Shown here piece by piece: positions 1-8,667 of a DNA stretch of 32,000 nucleotides. The DNA is taken from NCBI RefSeq assembly GCF_008000775.2, contig NZ_CP042905.2:3090001-3122000 (forward strand), given 5' to 3'. Under the pieces are notes generated by a model. It did no database searches. It was given only the letters and a program-made list of their open reading frames with translations, and was not told the DNA's origin. Source of the stretch: Promethearchaeum syntrophicum (GTDB lineage Archaea > Asgardarchaeota > Lokiarchaeia > Sigyniarchaeales > Promethearchaeaceae). Made by a program: the position numbers and the translations under genes. Within the stretch, counting starts at the first letter, position 1. Each line of letters opens with the position of its first letter.

Positions 1-1
1 A

Positions 2-367
2 CTAATAACACAAATTAAGAAAATGCTAAAAAGCTACTTTCTGCCTGAATTTCTCAATAGGGTAGATGATATTGTTATTTTCAATTTCCTTTCAAAAGAG
101 AATATTGAGAAAATAGTTGATGTTCAAATTCGGGAATTAAATCATATTCTTGCGACCAGAAAAGTAAAGATCAATTTATCCAAGAGTGCTCGAGAAAAAT
201 TAGCAGATATTGGTTTTGATCCAGAAAACGGCGCAAGACCTTTAAAACGAGCGATTCAAAGGAATATTCAAGATAGATTAGCCACATCTTTACTAATGGG
301 AGAAATCCAACAAGATCAAACTCTAATGATTGACATTGACAATTCGGGGAAATTCATTTTCAAATAA
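2..367 (+). CDS. clpB: C-terminal fragment of ClpB/Hsp104-type AAA+ disaggregase, running off the left edge
   Basis: Frame is open upstream of the listed ATG (LITQIKKMLKSYFLPEFLNRVDD...). PEFLNRVDDIVIF and GARPLKRAIQRNI are typical of the ClpB C-terminal region. Confidence 0.93.
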   Translation, partial: LITQIKKMLKSYFLPEFLNRVDDIVIFNFLSKENIEKIVDVQIRELNHILATRKVKINLSKSAREKLADIGFDPENGARPLKRAIQRNIQDRLATSLLMGEIQQDQTLMIDIDNSGKFIFK

Positions 368-408
368 AATTATTTTTTATTTCTGATTTTTTTACTTCTT
401 GATAAATA

Positions 409-783
409 TTAAATTTCAAGAGAATCAATGATAGAAATTAGGGGGTTTAGGATAAATTTAACTCGCTCTTTAATTTGAGCGGATATATTTTTGAGAGTCT
501 CCTTTCCTGCTTGGGTGATTTGATATTTTCTCTGCTTTCGTCCAGTCGAGGATTGTTCCGATGAAACTAAACCCATATTTTCCAGTCTTCGTAATTCTGA
601 ATAAAGAGTACCTGATTTAAACCTAATGCGATTATTCATAATTTTTGGGACTAAATTCATCAATTCATAGCCGGTAATATTTGGAGTTTTGCAAATTAAG
701 GCAAGAAATATAGCTCTTGTTAAGGGGACAGGATCGTGACTTTTCAATGTATCATTTTTTTTATTAGAAGTCTCGTTTTCCAT
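409..783 (-). CDS. PadR-family transcriptional regulator
   Basis: ALICKTPNITGYELMNLV...SGTLYSELRRLENMGLV is the PadR winged-helix pattern. Confidence 0.85.
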   Translation of the reverse strand: MENETSNKKNDTLKSHDPVPLTRAIFLALICKTPNITGYELMNLVPKIMNNRIRFKSGTLYSELRRLENMGLVSSEQSSTGRKQRKYQITQAGKETLKNISAQIKERVKFILNPLISIIDSLEI

Positions 784-832
784 TTTTTCCCCTTCAATAA
801 TTTAAATTGTAATTAAAATAAAAAAAAATGCC

Positions 833-1321
833 TTAAACTGTAGGCATAAAACTGATATATGCACTCAAAAATAAAACTGCAATACCAACAAGTATATTGA
901 TGATTAATATGATCATATTAAGTTTTTCTTTTACTGGAGGTGTAAGTTTATCCAATTTATCAATGATTAAACTTCGAAAAATGCTTAGAAGAATCATTAA
1001 GATATATAATATGTGCTTAATGCTCAATATTGTTGTATAAGGATTTCCAAATGTAAGAAATCCTGTTGATTGTCCTGATTGTTTGGCCATCAATAATCCA
1101 GTTAGAATCAAACCGACCATGCTTACATAGACAAATATACTCATTCTTTTCTTGATTGTTGAAATTGAAAGTTTGGTTTCTTTTGATTTGCCGAAAACCT
1201 TCATAATTGAAGGAAATACAGCAAATGCTAGCGTTAACATCCCTCCTATCCATAGAGCAGTAAATAGATTATGGAGGGTCGTAATAATTATTGGAACGAA
1301 TGGAGCTGCCATAGTAGTCAC
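833..1321 (-). CDS. Integral membrane protein, CopD-like
   Basis: About four hydrophobic segments; LHNLFTALWIGGMLTLAFAVFP resembles the CopD family. Confidence 0.5.
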   Translation of the reverse strand: MTTMAAPFVPIIITTLHNLFTALWIGGMLTLAFAVFPSIMKVFGKSKETKLSISTIKKRMSIFVYVSMVGLILTGLLMAKQSGQSTGFLTFGNPYTTILSIKHILYILMILLSIFRSLIIDKLDKLTPPVKEKLNMIILIINILVGIAVLFLSAYISFMPTV

Positions 1322-2185
1322 CTAAATTTTTAATTTTTTAATATGTAGTCAATTGATATGTAGCCAATAAATATATTGACGAATCACATATAAATTTTTT
1401 GATGTATAGTTATTCAAAACCTATAATATTTAAAGCAAAACCTTTTTTGGTTGAATTTCTTTAATAATAGTAGAAGGTTTAGAAAATCTAAGCCTTGAAT
1501 TAACTTAAGTTATAGCAACAAATGAATTAATTGAAACGAAAACAATAAATAAGCAACGTTTCATATATGAAATACGATATAACGTTATAATGTGTAACAA
1601 AATCATCAATTGTCAATTATTAATTAAAAATAAAAATGTTATTTAAGAAAATAATCGATTAATTACGGAAGAAATTACAAAAATAATTCAAAACAAAAAA
1701 AATTGCTAAAAAGCAATAATATTCAATTAAAAGAATGTAAAATCACGAAACTTTACAACTACAGGGGCAAGACCTCAAAATAATTATTAAGGTTTAATAA
1801 AAGAAAAATTCTTCAAATATAACAAAACAAATGAAATTATTACGAAAAATCACGATAATTTAACCCAATGCATAAAATCTTTGAGCAAAGCTCAATTTAA
1901 TAGAGCTATGTTTAAAAATAAGCATACAATTGCAAATATTAAATGGAAAAATTAAGAATATAAAAACAATCTGAAAAATTGTAAAATTATTTCATTTAGA
2001 ATTGCATACATGTATGATTTACTGAACCATAGATTTTAGAATGGGAATTTATCAAAAGTTTTTCTTCTTAATGGAACTGGCGAATTTAAAGAGTATAGCT
2101 ATTATTGAATCTTTACAGATTACAATTTTGAATTGTATCCTAAAATAGTTGAAATATCGTTGTTTTAAAAGCAATAACAAATAAA

Positions 2186-3541
2186 GTGAAAAACATGACA
2201 CGAGGAATTAACGAATCGATTGATGCTGCCTCAACCTCTGCCAAATATAACATAGTTGCTTCATTTACAGTGAACGGAGTAGTAGAAGTTCAAGATGTAG
2301 TCGGAGCACTTTTTGGTCAAACTGAAGGTTTATTCAACGATTTAGAATTACGAGAATTACAAAAATCAGGCCGAATTGGAAGAATAGTTGTAAACGCTGA
2401 ATCAAATAATGGTAAAACAATTGGAGAGATAATAATACCTTCAAGCCTTGATCGAACCGAAACAGCTATATTAGCGGCAACAATGGAAACAGTGGACCGA
2501 GTAGGCCCATGTACTGCTTTCTTTCAATTGAATGAAATTAAAGATTTACGCGAATCCAAATTAAAAAGAATTGAAGCGCGAGCAAAGGAACTTCTAAAAG
2601 ATTGGAAATCATTATCAGAAGACACACCTAAAATATCTAGTAAGATTAAATCTGCTCTTGAACGAGAGTCTGTTATTATGTGGAACGGTTTACCTGCAGG
2701 CTCAGACATAGATTTAGCTGAAAATGTGATAATTGTTGAAGGTCGGAATGATATTCAACAATTGTTTAAAATTGGTGTTAAAAATACAGTTGCAGTCAAT
2801 GGAACTTCAGTTCCAAAAGCGATTATTGATTTAACACATCATAAAGAATGTACAGCATTCTTGGATGGTGACAGAGGTGGAGATATGATACTAAATGAAC
2901 TACTACAAGTATCAAAAATTCAATTTTATGCACGAGCTCCCCGAAACCTAGAAGTTGAAGAATTGACCCCGAAAGATATGGTGAAATGTCTTCAACAGAA
3001 AAAACCAATAGAATTTTTACTCAAAGAGAAGAAAAATCGAGATACCAGAAATGACAGATTTAATTCCAATCATAAATCAAACGGATATAGAGAACGAATT
3101 CGTACTCCTAAAGATCGAACTCGGACGTATAAAGATCGAAGACCGGATATTAATCGAAGCTTAAGCAAATATTCAAGAGATAATAAAAACTATAGCAGTA
3201 ATCGAGGATCCTCTCGGAAAATTTCAGCATTAGAGGGTTTACCGAAAAGTACATTAAATACTTATGTAAAAGATTTAATTTCAAGCAATCAAGCAATTGG
3301 ATTAGATGAAGAATATAAAGAGATTTATCGGACAAGCAATGTTAAAATTTTTAATGAATTAAATGAAAAGTTAAAAACTGTGGTAATGGATGGAGTAATC
3401 ACTCAAAGATTTCTAGATGAAGCAATTAAGAATAAGATTGAGAAGGTAATAGCTGTTAATATTAAAGCACGATTGAAATTTCCAGAGAAAACAGACATTA
3501 AACTATTCTATTTTAAAGATTTTTTAACCAATAATGCTTAA
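2186..3541 (+). CDS. dnaG: Archaeal DnaG-like primase (Toprim, exosome-associated family); the start may be ATG at 2195
   Basis: VVEVQDVVGALFGQTEGL, VGPCTAFFQL, Toprim motif IIVEGRNDI...FLDGDRGGDMIL and ALEGLPKSTLNTYVKDL at the C-terminal part. Confidence 0.93.
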   Translation: MKNMTRGINESIDAASTSAKYNIVASFTVNGVVEVQDVVGALFGQTEGLFNDLELRELQKSGRIGRIVVNAESNNGKTIGEIIIPSSLDRTETAILAATMETVDRVGPCTAFFQLNEIKDLRESKLKRIEARAKELLKDWKSLSEDTPKISSKIKSALERESVIMWNGLPAGSDIDLAENVIIVEGRNDIQQLFKIGVKNTVAVNGTSVPKAIIDLTHHKECTAFLDGDRGGDMILNELLQVSKIQFYARAPRNLEVEELTPKDMVKCLQQKKPIEFLLKEKKNRDTRNDRFNSNHKSNGYRERIRTPKDRTRTYKDRRPDINRSLSKYSRDNKNYSSNRGSSRKISALEGLPKSTLNTYVKDLISSNQAIGLDEEYKEIYRTSNVKIFNELNEKLKTVVMDGVITQRFLDEAIKNKIEKVIAVNIKARLKFPEKTDIKLFYFKDFLTNNA

Positions 3542-3596
3542 AAATTACTACCAAAAATTTTTTTCTTAATTTTCTTTTTCTTTTTTTTTTTAATCC

Positions 3597-3812
3597 CTAT
3601 TGAGCGGCATTTTGAATAATTTGGGAAATTAATTGTATTATATAAGAAAGAGCACCAATAACTGCAAGACCAATCAAACAAACTTTAAGAATTGAACCAT
3701 ACATTTTACGTGTGGGTTTGACAGAAATTTTCAATATTCTTCTACTATTTAAAAAGAATTTTTGAAGTTTATTCATACTTTGAGAAGGAGCATCTTTTGT
3801 AACTGCGGACAT
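3597..3812 (-). CDS. secE: Preprotein translocase SecE/Sec61-gamma subunit
   Basis: 71 aa with a single C-terminal TM; KPTRKMYGSILKVCLIGLAVIGALSYIIQLI fits Sec61 gamma. Confidence 0.85.
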   Translation of the reverse strand: MSAVTKDAPSQSMNKLQKFFLNSRRILKISVKPTRKMYGSILKVCLIGLAVIGALSYIIQLISQIIQNAAQ

Positions 3813-3890
3813 TAAATTTCAAAAAGTAGTATCATTTTAATTTTTTTGTGAAACAATAATTTGTTTGAAAAAAAAAATTTTGATATTAAA

Positions 3891-4787
3891 TCATTTAGAA
3901 CCAATTAAAATATCCACAAACCATTTTGGATTAAAAGGAATTAAATGTTCATACCCTTGACCTATTCCAATATAAATAATTGGCTTTTTTGTTATATATG
4001 CAATAGATAGAGCCGCTCCACCTTTAGAATCAGCGTCTAATTTTGTGATTATACTTGCATCTATTTGTATTGCATGATTAAAGGCTTCTGCTTGAACTAA
4101 AACATCATTTCCAGCTAGTGAATCACCTATAAAAAGTGTTAAATCCGGTTGATTAACTCGTTTTATTTTTTTCAGCTCCTCCAACAGATTTTTATTGGTT
4201 ACTTGTCGACCTGAAGTGTCAATAATAACCGAATTGATCTTTTTCGCATACGCATGATCAATAGCATCGTATGCAACTGAGGCAGGATCCGCATTATAAG
4301 TCTGTTTTATTAAGTGTGTCTTAAGAGCATCCATATGTTTTGAGAGTTGTTCGATTGCACCTGCCCTAAAAGTATCTGATGCAGCAACGACAACAGAAAC
4401 ATCATTTTTCTTAAATAAATGGACCAATTTAGCGATTGTTGTTGTTTTACCTGTACCGTTTACGCCTAATACCAATATTGAATAAGGTTTGTTTTTATTT
4501 GGTCGGTTCTTAATAGTCTCTATTAAATTGAATTGATTTTCAACATTTAAAATTTCAAAAATTGCGTCTTTTATAGCGTTTTGTAGTGTACTTTTTTTAG
4601 AAAAGGCACCAACTTGAGTTCCTTCTAAGTTTTTTTGTGTTATTTCTACAATTTTCTCTGCTGCATGAACTGCTACATCATTTCTCAGTAAAGTCATTTT
4701 GAGATCTTTGAGAATTTTATTCATATTTTTTTCATTAAGGGTTGTTGTGAAAATATTTGATAACCCTTTCTTCATTTTCTTAAACAT
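3891..4787 (-). CDS. ftsY: Signal recognition particle receptor FtsY (SRP GTPase)
   Basis: GVNGTGKTTTIAKL, AASDTFRAGAIEQL, DTSGR, TKLDADSKGGAALS. Confidence 0.96.
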   Translation of the reverse strand: MFKKMKKGLSNIFTTTLNEKNMNKILKDLKMTLLRNDVAVHAAEKIVEITQKNLEGTQVGAFSKKSTLQNAIKDAIFEILNVENQFNLIETIKNRPNKNKPYSILVLGVNGTGKTTTIAKLVHLFKKNDVSVVVAASDTFRAGAIEQLSKHMDALKTHLIKQTYNADPASVAYDAIDHAYAKKINSVIIDTSGRQVTNKNLLEELKKIKRVNQPDLTLFIGDSLAGNDVLVQAEAFNHAIQIDASIITKLDADSKGGAALSIAYITKKPIIYIGIGQGYEHLIPFNPKWFVDILIGSK

Positions 4788-4810
4788 AAAAAGCCCTCTT
4801 CATGTGAATA

Positions 4811-5236
4811 TTACCGTTGATTGAATTTGGATTTAATTTCTTGAATTTTTCCGTTGATATCATTATAATTTTCAACAAGTTTGGCATGAAGTTTGTTATT
4901 AGCTTCTAATCGCTGTTCCATTTGTTTTATACTTTCTTCAAGATTTTTTTCAATAAACATATCTCTTGAAATGGGAATTATTATCTTATCAGGTTCTATG
5001 ATTTTGGCTCGAGCAAAAGCATTAGTTCCAATTGGAATGACAATTTCATGATTATTTTCGGCACTTTGAAGTTCTTCCATTGTTCTTTTTGAAATATTAA
5101 TTCCTGAGAGCTGATTCTCGGTCATTAAAAGTTGTTCAGAAATATTTTTTTTTTGTTCTTCTAATACTTGAACAACATACACCATTTGAGAAATTTCGGA
5201 TGAATTTGGACTAGGATTATTACTCATATTAATCAA
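4811..5236 (-). CDS. pfdA: Prefoldin alpha subunit
   Basis: Two coiled-coil arms around a beta core (IPIGTNAFARAKIIEPDKIIIPISRDMFIEK), located next to ftsY and rplX as in other archaea. Confidence 0.85.
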   Translation of the reverse strand: MINMSNNPSPNSSEISQMVYVVQVLEEQKKNISEQLLMTENQLSGINISKRTMEELQSAENNHEIVIPIGTNAFARAKIIEPDKIIIPISRDMFIEKNLEESIKQMEQRLEANNKLHAKLVENYNDINGKIQEIKSKFNQR

Positions 5237-5333
5237 ATTTTAATTATTTTAATTATTTTAAAGATTTGAAAAAGAATTAGTATAAAATATACTAATGGAA
5301 ATTAGTAGAGAAAAAAAATTGTTTAATCAAAAT

Positions 5334-5570
5334 TTATTCAATTTGACTTAAGGATCGAATAAATAAATCATCGCATTCGTCAATAGAAACAATTTTCGTT
5401 TCAGTTATTGTGATTTTACGCCTTAACAATCTTACAGAGGTAATTACAGACAATACTTTTTCAATAGCATTTGCTTCGGAAGTTGCTCTGACAAACTTGG
5501 TGAATTGAAATTTTTGAAAGCGTTTCGTATATTTTCCAGATATTTTATAGATTTGAATTTCTGTGCTCAT
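5334..5570 (-). CDS. rplX: Ribosomal protein LX/L18Ae
   Basis: 78 aa, YKISGKYTKRFQKFQFTKFVRATSEANAIEKV, with conserved gene context. Confidence 0.88.
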   Translation of the reverse strand: MSTEIQIYKISGKYTKRFQKFQFTKFVRATSEANAIEKVLSVITSVRLLRRKITITETKIVSIDECDDLFIRSLSQIE

Positions 5571-5685
5571 AATTCTTCATTTCTTTGCTAATCTTTATTT
5601 TAATAATTTCTAAAAAAGTTTCATCATTTTAATTTTTTTTGGAAGTAAAACTATTGCATTCACTGATCGGCTGATTCTTCGAGAA

Positions 5686-6363
5686 CTATTCCAGCTGGAG
5701 TATCTCCATTATTCTTTGTAATTCTGGACCCGTTGAATTTTGACCAAAAATTGCTACAGAATCATTCACGGTTACTCCGCCACTCAAATAAGGGCTTCCG
5801 CAATTAATAGTGCTAACATCAACTTCATCAACACGAAGGGTTTTCCCGATTATTTCTGCTTCTTCCTCAGTAACCATTGGATGTAAAAGCACTCCGGAAT
5901 TATTTGCAAGCCCACAAGATCCCGCTAGATCTGAATCTGCAAATCTTAAAACTCTGGTGGGAACTTTTAGTGCTTTTTCTATAATTTCCCTTGCTTCCTT
6001 AAGTTTTGGTGAGATTATTGCTCCTTTGTCATTACAGAGAATTAAATTCCCAAATGCATTATCCTCGAGAGAAATTGATGTTATTTGAAATTCCTTTTTT
6101 GTATTTTTCTGCAAAAGATCTAATTCATCATCATATATTAAATCCGGAACGATCATTCCATATGAATTCATGGCCACAAACGAACCTATCACAGGGCTTC
6201 CAGCAATAAAAGTCTCTATCGTGACAATTTCTGGTTGGTTTTGTGTTATAAAATTAACTATTTTTGGATTGATTTTTTGAGGATATAAAAAATAATCATT
6301 ATTCAGTGCTAGATATGTTCCCACTTCTTGATTTCCATAAATAATTTCTTTTAAAATTGGCAC
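5686..6363 (-). CDS. eif6: Translation initiation factor 6 (aIF6)
   Basis: GNQEVGTYLALNNDY, GSCGLANNSGVLLHP, GRTLRVDEVDVSTINCGSPYLSGGVTVND. Starts at GTG with GGAGAT upstream. Confidence 0.96.
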   Translation of the reverse strand: MPILKEIIYGNQEVGTYLALNNDYFLYPQKINPKIVNFITQNQPEIVTIETFIAGSPVIGSFVAMNSYGMIVPDLIYDDELDLLQKNTKKEFQITSISLEDNAFGNLILCNDKGAIISPKLKEAREIIEKALKVPTRVLRFADSDLAGSCGLANNSGVLLHPMVTEEEAEIIGKTLRVDEVDVSTINCGSPYLSGGVTVNDSVAIFGQNSTGPELQRIMEILQLE

Positions 6364-6404
6364 TGATCTGATCTCCTATAAATTTTAATAAAAAGAAAAA
6401 ATAA

Positions 6405-6851
6405 TTAAGCTAAATAAGCTCGAACGACTCCATCAACGCTTTTTGTTACGCGGACTCTTATTTTCCTTGGTGGATTTTTAATTCCGTTTTCCCAAACTCG
6501 CTCATTTAACTCTTGAGAGATATAAACTTCCCCTTCAGGTTTCATATGTCGGGTTAAAAATTCTCTTAACACAATAATTGCTTTCTTCGAACGTTTCCAT
6601 CTCGGAACACGTTGGAATTTTCTTGCTAAAGGAACAACATAATAACGCTCTTCTTGAATTTCTTCATCGAATTCTGTTTCTGCTTCCTTAATTTCTTGCT
6701 CAATCTCACTAAGTTCTTCTTCACTTACTGGAGCTTCTTTTAAGTCAAAAGCATCAACATCTTCTTTAGGAACTTCCTCAATTTCTTCTTTCTTCTCTTC
6801 TTCTGGAGGAGGGGTTACCTTTTTTTTAATAATTTTTTTCTTTGCCATCAA
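6405..6851 (-). CDS. rpl31e: Ribosomal protein L31e with a long acidic N-terminal extension
   Basis: Canonical core ERYYVVPLARKFQRVPRWKRSKKAIIVLREFLTRHMK...NPPRKIRVRVTKSVDG, preceded by about 65 mostly acidic residues. Confidence 0.93.
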   Translation of the reverse strand: MMAKKKIIKKKVTPPPEEEKKEEIEEVPKEDVDAFDLKEAPVSEEELSEIEQEIKEAETEFDEEIQEERYYVVPLARKFQRVPRWKRSKKAIIVLREFLTRHMKPEGEVYISQELNERVWENGIKNPPRKIRVRVTKSVDGVVRAYLA

Positions 6852-6860
6852 TATCGCCTA

Positions 6861-7019
6861 TTATTTCTTTAATCGCTGAGTTCTCCAATGTCTCCTGGAA
6901 TAGGGTGTCGATCGGATTTTTCCTTTCGTTTTTATGGTTACCCAGGATGGAATATTGGAACCCATATCTCGGCTTTTTCCTAAACGTAATTTCATTGGTA
7001 AAGTTTTATTTCTTGCCAT
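6861..7019 (-). CDS. rpl39e: Ribosomal protein L39e (52 aa), missing from the supplied ORF track
   Basis: My translation: MARNKTLPMKLRLGKSRDMGSNIPSWVTIKTKGKIRSTPYSRRHWRTQRLKK*. The Arg-rich SRRHWRTQRLKK tail and the position between pdcd5 and rpl31e fit L39e. Confidence 0.93.
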   Translation of the reverse strand: MARNKTLPMKLRLGKSRDMGSNIPSWVTIKTKGKIRSTPYSRRHWRTQRLKK

Positions 7020-7030
7020 GGTTTTTCACT

Positions 7031-7372
7031 TTATTTGAATTGAATTTTACTTTGGTGTTTTTTTGTTTGATTTTGAAGTTGAATGAGTAAAGTTTTGAAT
7101 GTTTCATCGGTTAATGGTGTTTTTCCGCGAAGGGCTCCAGTTTGAAATGCTTGTATCAATTGAAGTTCAATATTTTGAGCAAATTGTGGTCTTGCCATTT
7201 GAATATTTGTCAATCTTGATCTGGCTTCTGGTGATAGAATGAGTCTCATTATGTTTTTTTTTTGACTCTCTAATTCGCTTTGTTGTTTTTGCTGATATTC
7301 ATTCATAGCTTGTTGTTTTTGAATTTCAGCTAACTTTTCTTCTCTCAAACGACGTAGATCTTCATCACTCAT
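7031..7372 (-). CDS. PDCD5-family DNA-binding protein
   Basis: LRRLREEKLAEIQ...MRLILSPEARSRLTNIQMARPQFAQNIELQLIQ...LTDETFKTLLIQL. Confidence 0.93.
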   Translation of the reverse strand: MSDEDLRRLREEKLAEIQKQQAMNEYQQKQQSELESQKKNIMRLILSPEARSRLTNIQMARPQFAQNIELQLIQAFQTGALRGKTPLTDETFKTLLIQLQNQTKKHQSKIQFK

Positions 7373-7421
7373 TACTTTTCAACTTATTTTCGTTGTAAAA
7401 AAATTTAAATTAACAATTTAT

Positions 7422-7859
7422 TTATTCTTTCTTTTCTTTCGATTCTGTTTTTTGAATCTCAGCTGCAGTTTTATCTAAGATAGAACGCCCAGCATTGGTT
7501 AATTCTCTTCCATTTTTTTCTGTAGTCCGAACATAACCTGCTTTTTCTAACTGTTGCAATACTCTTCTGATAATTGCCCCAGAACCTTTCGAACTATGTT
7601 TTAAGTGTACATATCCAGGAGACCTGCCACCGTATACTTTCTTCAATCTACTGATTCCAACTGGCTTTCTGTATAATTTTCTAAGTAAACTTGCTGCTCG
7701 AATATACCAGAAATTTTCAGAATCATCTGGCGGGAATTCTTTACTCCAAGCGGTCTTCCAAAATATACTTTCTTTAGGGGCTTGGATCGATTTTGCCGAT
7801 TTAAGCTTTTCCGCTACTGCGTTTATTAAATCAAATGCATATATATCATATATGTTAAT
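7422..7859 (-). CDS. rps19e: Ribosomal protein S19e; full-length frame extends beyond the listed 7422..7646 ORF, with a probable non-canonical start or a frameshift near the 5' end
   Basis: My translation upstream of the listed TTG: (V)INIYDIYAFDLINAVAEKLKSAKSIQAPKESIFWKTAWSKEFPPDDSENFWYIRAASLLRKLYRKPVGISRL-KKVYGGRSPGYVHLKHSSKGSG..., matching S19e throughout. Confidence 0.9.
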   Translation of the reverse strand: MNIYDIYAFDLINAVAEKLKSAKSIQAPKESIFWKTAWSKEFPPDDSENFWYIRAASLLRKLYRKPVGISRLKKVYGGRSPGYVHLKHSSKGSGAIIRRVLQQLEKAGYVRTTEKNGRELTNAGRSILDKTAAEIQKTESKEKKE

Positions 7860-8004
7860 AACTCATTACCTCACTATATCTTGCGATATATTTATTCAAC
7901 GAATTTTACTTCGTTGTACTTAAGTATATTTCAACGCTTCATTGTTTTAATTTTTTTTGCTTTTAAGAACAAAATCTTTTAACTTTAATTGAATACTTAG
8001 AAAA

Positions 8005-8343
8005 ATGAATATAATCATGTCATCATTTAAAGATTTTAAAAATTTAGATATTCGATTAGCTAAAGTACTAGAATGCAAATCAAACCCTGATTCAAAATCA
8101 CTTATTGAACTGAAAACCGATATTGGAGATAATCAAACACGAACAATAGTTGCTGCAATAAAAGAATGGTATTCTGCTGAAGATCTCATAGGTGAATATG
8201 TTTTAGTTGCTTTTAATTTACCGTTGAATAGTATAAAATCGGAGGGAACTCTATTAGCTATAGATGCGGAACATTCAGCTGTATTACTTAAACCTGATAA
8301 AAAATATTATGATAAAATTAAACCTGGAATGAAATTGGCTTAG
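8005..8343 (+). CDS. tRNA-binding (OB-fold) domain protein, methionyl-tRNA synthetase beta-subunit-like
   Basis: FKNLDIRLAKVLECKSNPDSKSLIELKTDIGDNQTRTIVAAIKEWYSAEDLIGEYVLVAFNL is a typical tRNA_bind/Arc1p-like domain. Confidence 0.85.
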   Translation: MNIIMSSFKDFKNLDIRLAKVLECKSNPDSKSLIELKTDIGDNQTRTIVAAIKEWYSAEDLIGEYVLVAFNLPLNSIKSEGTLLAIDAEHSAVLLKPDKKYYDKIKPGMKLA

Positions 8344-8360
8344 ATTAGTCTTAAAAAAAA

Positions 8361-8558
8361 TTATAATTTGGAATAATAATCATCCATTATTTGTTCCAAT
8401 TCAACAATTGAATGATCATTGTATCGTTCCTTCATTAAATCCAGAATTCGGGCTTTATTGCGTGGAATCCATTCTAAAAACTCATTTTCGTTGTGATAAA
8501 CGTTCAGTCGAAAATAGGAAATGACTTCCTTTCGAAAATCTGCATTATTTTCAGACAT
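8361..8558 (-). CDS. Small hypothetical protein (65 aa)
   Basis: Charged, protein-like composition; ends just after the convergent neighbour. No family recognised. Confidence 0.5.
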   Translation of the reverse strand: MSENNADFRKEVISYFRLNVYHNENEFLEWIPRNKARILDLMKERYNDHSIVELEQIMDDYYSKL

Positions 8559-8667
8559 AAAAACTAGTATACATATTTTAATATAAAAATTTTATTATGG
8601 ATCTTAGATGAATTGATATTTTTTTCTGATCTTAATACTTCTATTACACAATTTAGAGAAGTTTGTT

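Noticed and set aside
5810-6209. Plus-strand ORFs (92 and 67 aa)
   Set aside because: Antisense to eif6; shadow ORFs.
6842-7090. 82-aa plus-strand ORF
   Set aside because: Antisense to L39e, which is clearly the real gene.
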